DNA of 37,189 nucleotides. Origin: a virus. Taxonomy: Duplodnaviria; Caudoviricetes. The translations under genes and the position numbers were made by a program. Every line of letters starts with the position of its first letter. Position 1 is the stretch's first letter. Positions 36,358 through 37,189 of the stretch are shown in pieces. The stretch spans positions 1 to 37,189 of IMG/VR virus record IMGVR_UViG_3300025723_000095; one strand, 5' to 3'. A model generated the notes under the pieces. The model was not told where the DNA came from, did not search any database, and saw only the letters and a program-made list of their open reading frames with translations.

Positions 36358-37189
36358 TTATTTATAATGTGCAGTTTGTCCAAATGGTGCAATTATAGTT
36401 TCATTGCCATGTACAATAAACAATGTTTCACAATAATTTTCATCACCCCAGCTACCGCAAGGATATCCATCTGTAAACATAATAAAGCGTTTTGGCTCAA
36501 TACCTTCATTTTTCATGAAGTTCCAGTTAGCCTCAAAGTCAGTGCCGCCGCCGCCCTTACATTCATAATCCATAATCTCATCTGATGTATCGCCGGTAAA
36601 TTTAGCATAGTTGTAGACTTCTGTGTCAAAGCACCAAAGATCTAATTTAAAATCTTTGTACTCATCCATAATACCTTTGACCTCACTTAGGAAATCATTG
36701 GCCTGTTTGTCGCTGATACTGCCAGACATGTCAATAGCTACACTGACATCAATGGTTTCTTCATTTAACATACCTGGCAGAATAGCACCGCTGTGCTGTG
36801 ATTTACGATTTGGACGGCTAAAGCTAAAGTTGCTTTTTAGAATACTTTGGATATTCATACGCAACATCTGACGCCAATCCATTTTAGGTTCTGTAAATAC
36901 TTGAATGTAACGTGCAATACCTGCAGGCACTTTGCCGGCACCTGCTGATTGAGCAGCCGCTACCATTGCTTCTTTGATCTCATCGCGAATCTGTTTCTTT
37001 TCCTCTGTTGTGAGTTTAGGACGACCTTTACCATCTTTGTCTTCGTCTCCTTCGCCGGAGCCTTCTCCCTCACCTTCTCCATCTAAGTGATCATCTAGCA
37101 ATTCACCTAGCTCGCTGATATCAATTTTGATAGCATCTTTTTCCAGGTCTGCATAAATCTCTTCATAGCTCATGCCACGGTATTTGTTG
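36358..37189 (-). CDS. VWA-domain protein (DUF2201-like metallopeptidase/VWA type), C-terminal part
   Basis: MIDAS DMSGS, GGGTDF and FTDG motifs; acidic Gly-rich linker. The frame stays open past Met 37173 to the window edge (NKYRGM...), so the true start is probably outside. Confidence 0.8.
   Translation of the reverse strand, partial: NKYRGMSYEEIYADLEKDAIKIDISELGELLDDHLDGEGEGEGSGEGDEDKDGKGRPKLTTEEKKQIRDEIKEAMVAAAQSAGAGKVPAGIARYIQVFTEPKMDWRQMLRMNIQSILKSNFSFSRPNRKSQHSGAILPGMLNEETIDVSVAIDMSGSISDKQANDFLSEVKGIMDEYKDFKLDLWCFDTEVYNYAKFTGDTSDEIMDYECKGGGGTDFEANWNFMKNEGIEPKRFIMFTDGYPCGSWGDENYCETLFIVHGNETIIAPFGQTAHYK

Noticed and set aside
164-36871. Short antisense or out-of-frame ORFs in the track (e.g. 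164-367, 539-730, 3027-3230, 3960-4202, 5375-5791, 7335-7556, 13402-13752, 27127-27507, 34781-35050, 36623-36871)
   Set aside because: All overlap well-supported genes and lack motifs; they are shadow ORFs.
1-37189. Alternative genetic code (stop codon reassignment)
   Set aside because: Coding density is near complete under code 11, and TAA, TAG and TGA all end recognisable genes at expected positions.

Overview
AT-rich segment of a large T4-like (myovirus/jumbo-type) phage genome, standard genetic code. Left to right: the 5' part of a tape-measure-like gene (minus strand, runs off the window); a divergent gp26-like/gp51-like pair joined by a perfect -1 slippery heptamer; a Q/P-rich protein with a T4 capsid-targeting-like N-terminus; a ~470-bp GC-enriched, densely structured non-coding region directly after a minimal GIY-YIG nuclease gene; the gp46/gp47 (Rad50/Mre11-like) recombination nuclease and a gp55-like late sigma factor; a ~26-kb plus-strand contractile-tail baseplate/fibre block (gp48/54-like, gp53-like, hub, gp5-like spike with a GH19 domain, gp25, gp6, a 4034-aa wedge protein, a collar-like protein, two paralogous fibre proteins); and a minus-strand block with thyA, three hypotheticals and a partial VWA protein. 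T4-type late promoters (TAAATA core) and sigma70-like promoters are visible. The best candidate for an undescribed system is the GIY-YIG gene plus the large pseudoknotted ncRNA candidate at 3358-3797, which could be an RNP/RNA-guided nuclease or a primer RNA/replication origin. Second is the putative gp26-gp51 programmed frameshift. All family assignments come from motif recognition by eye; no database searches were run.
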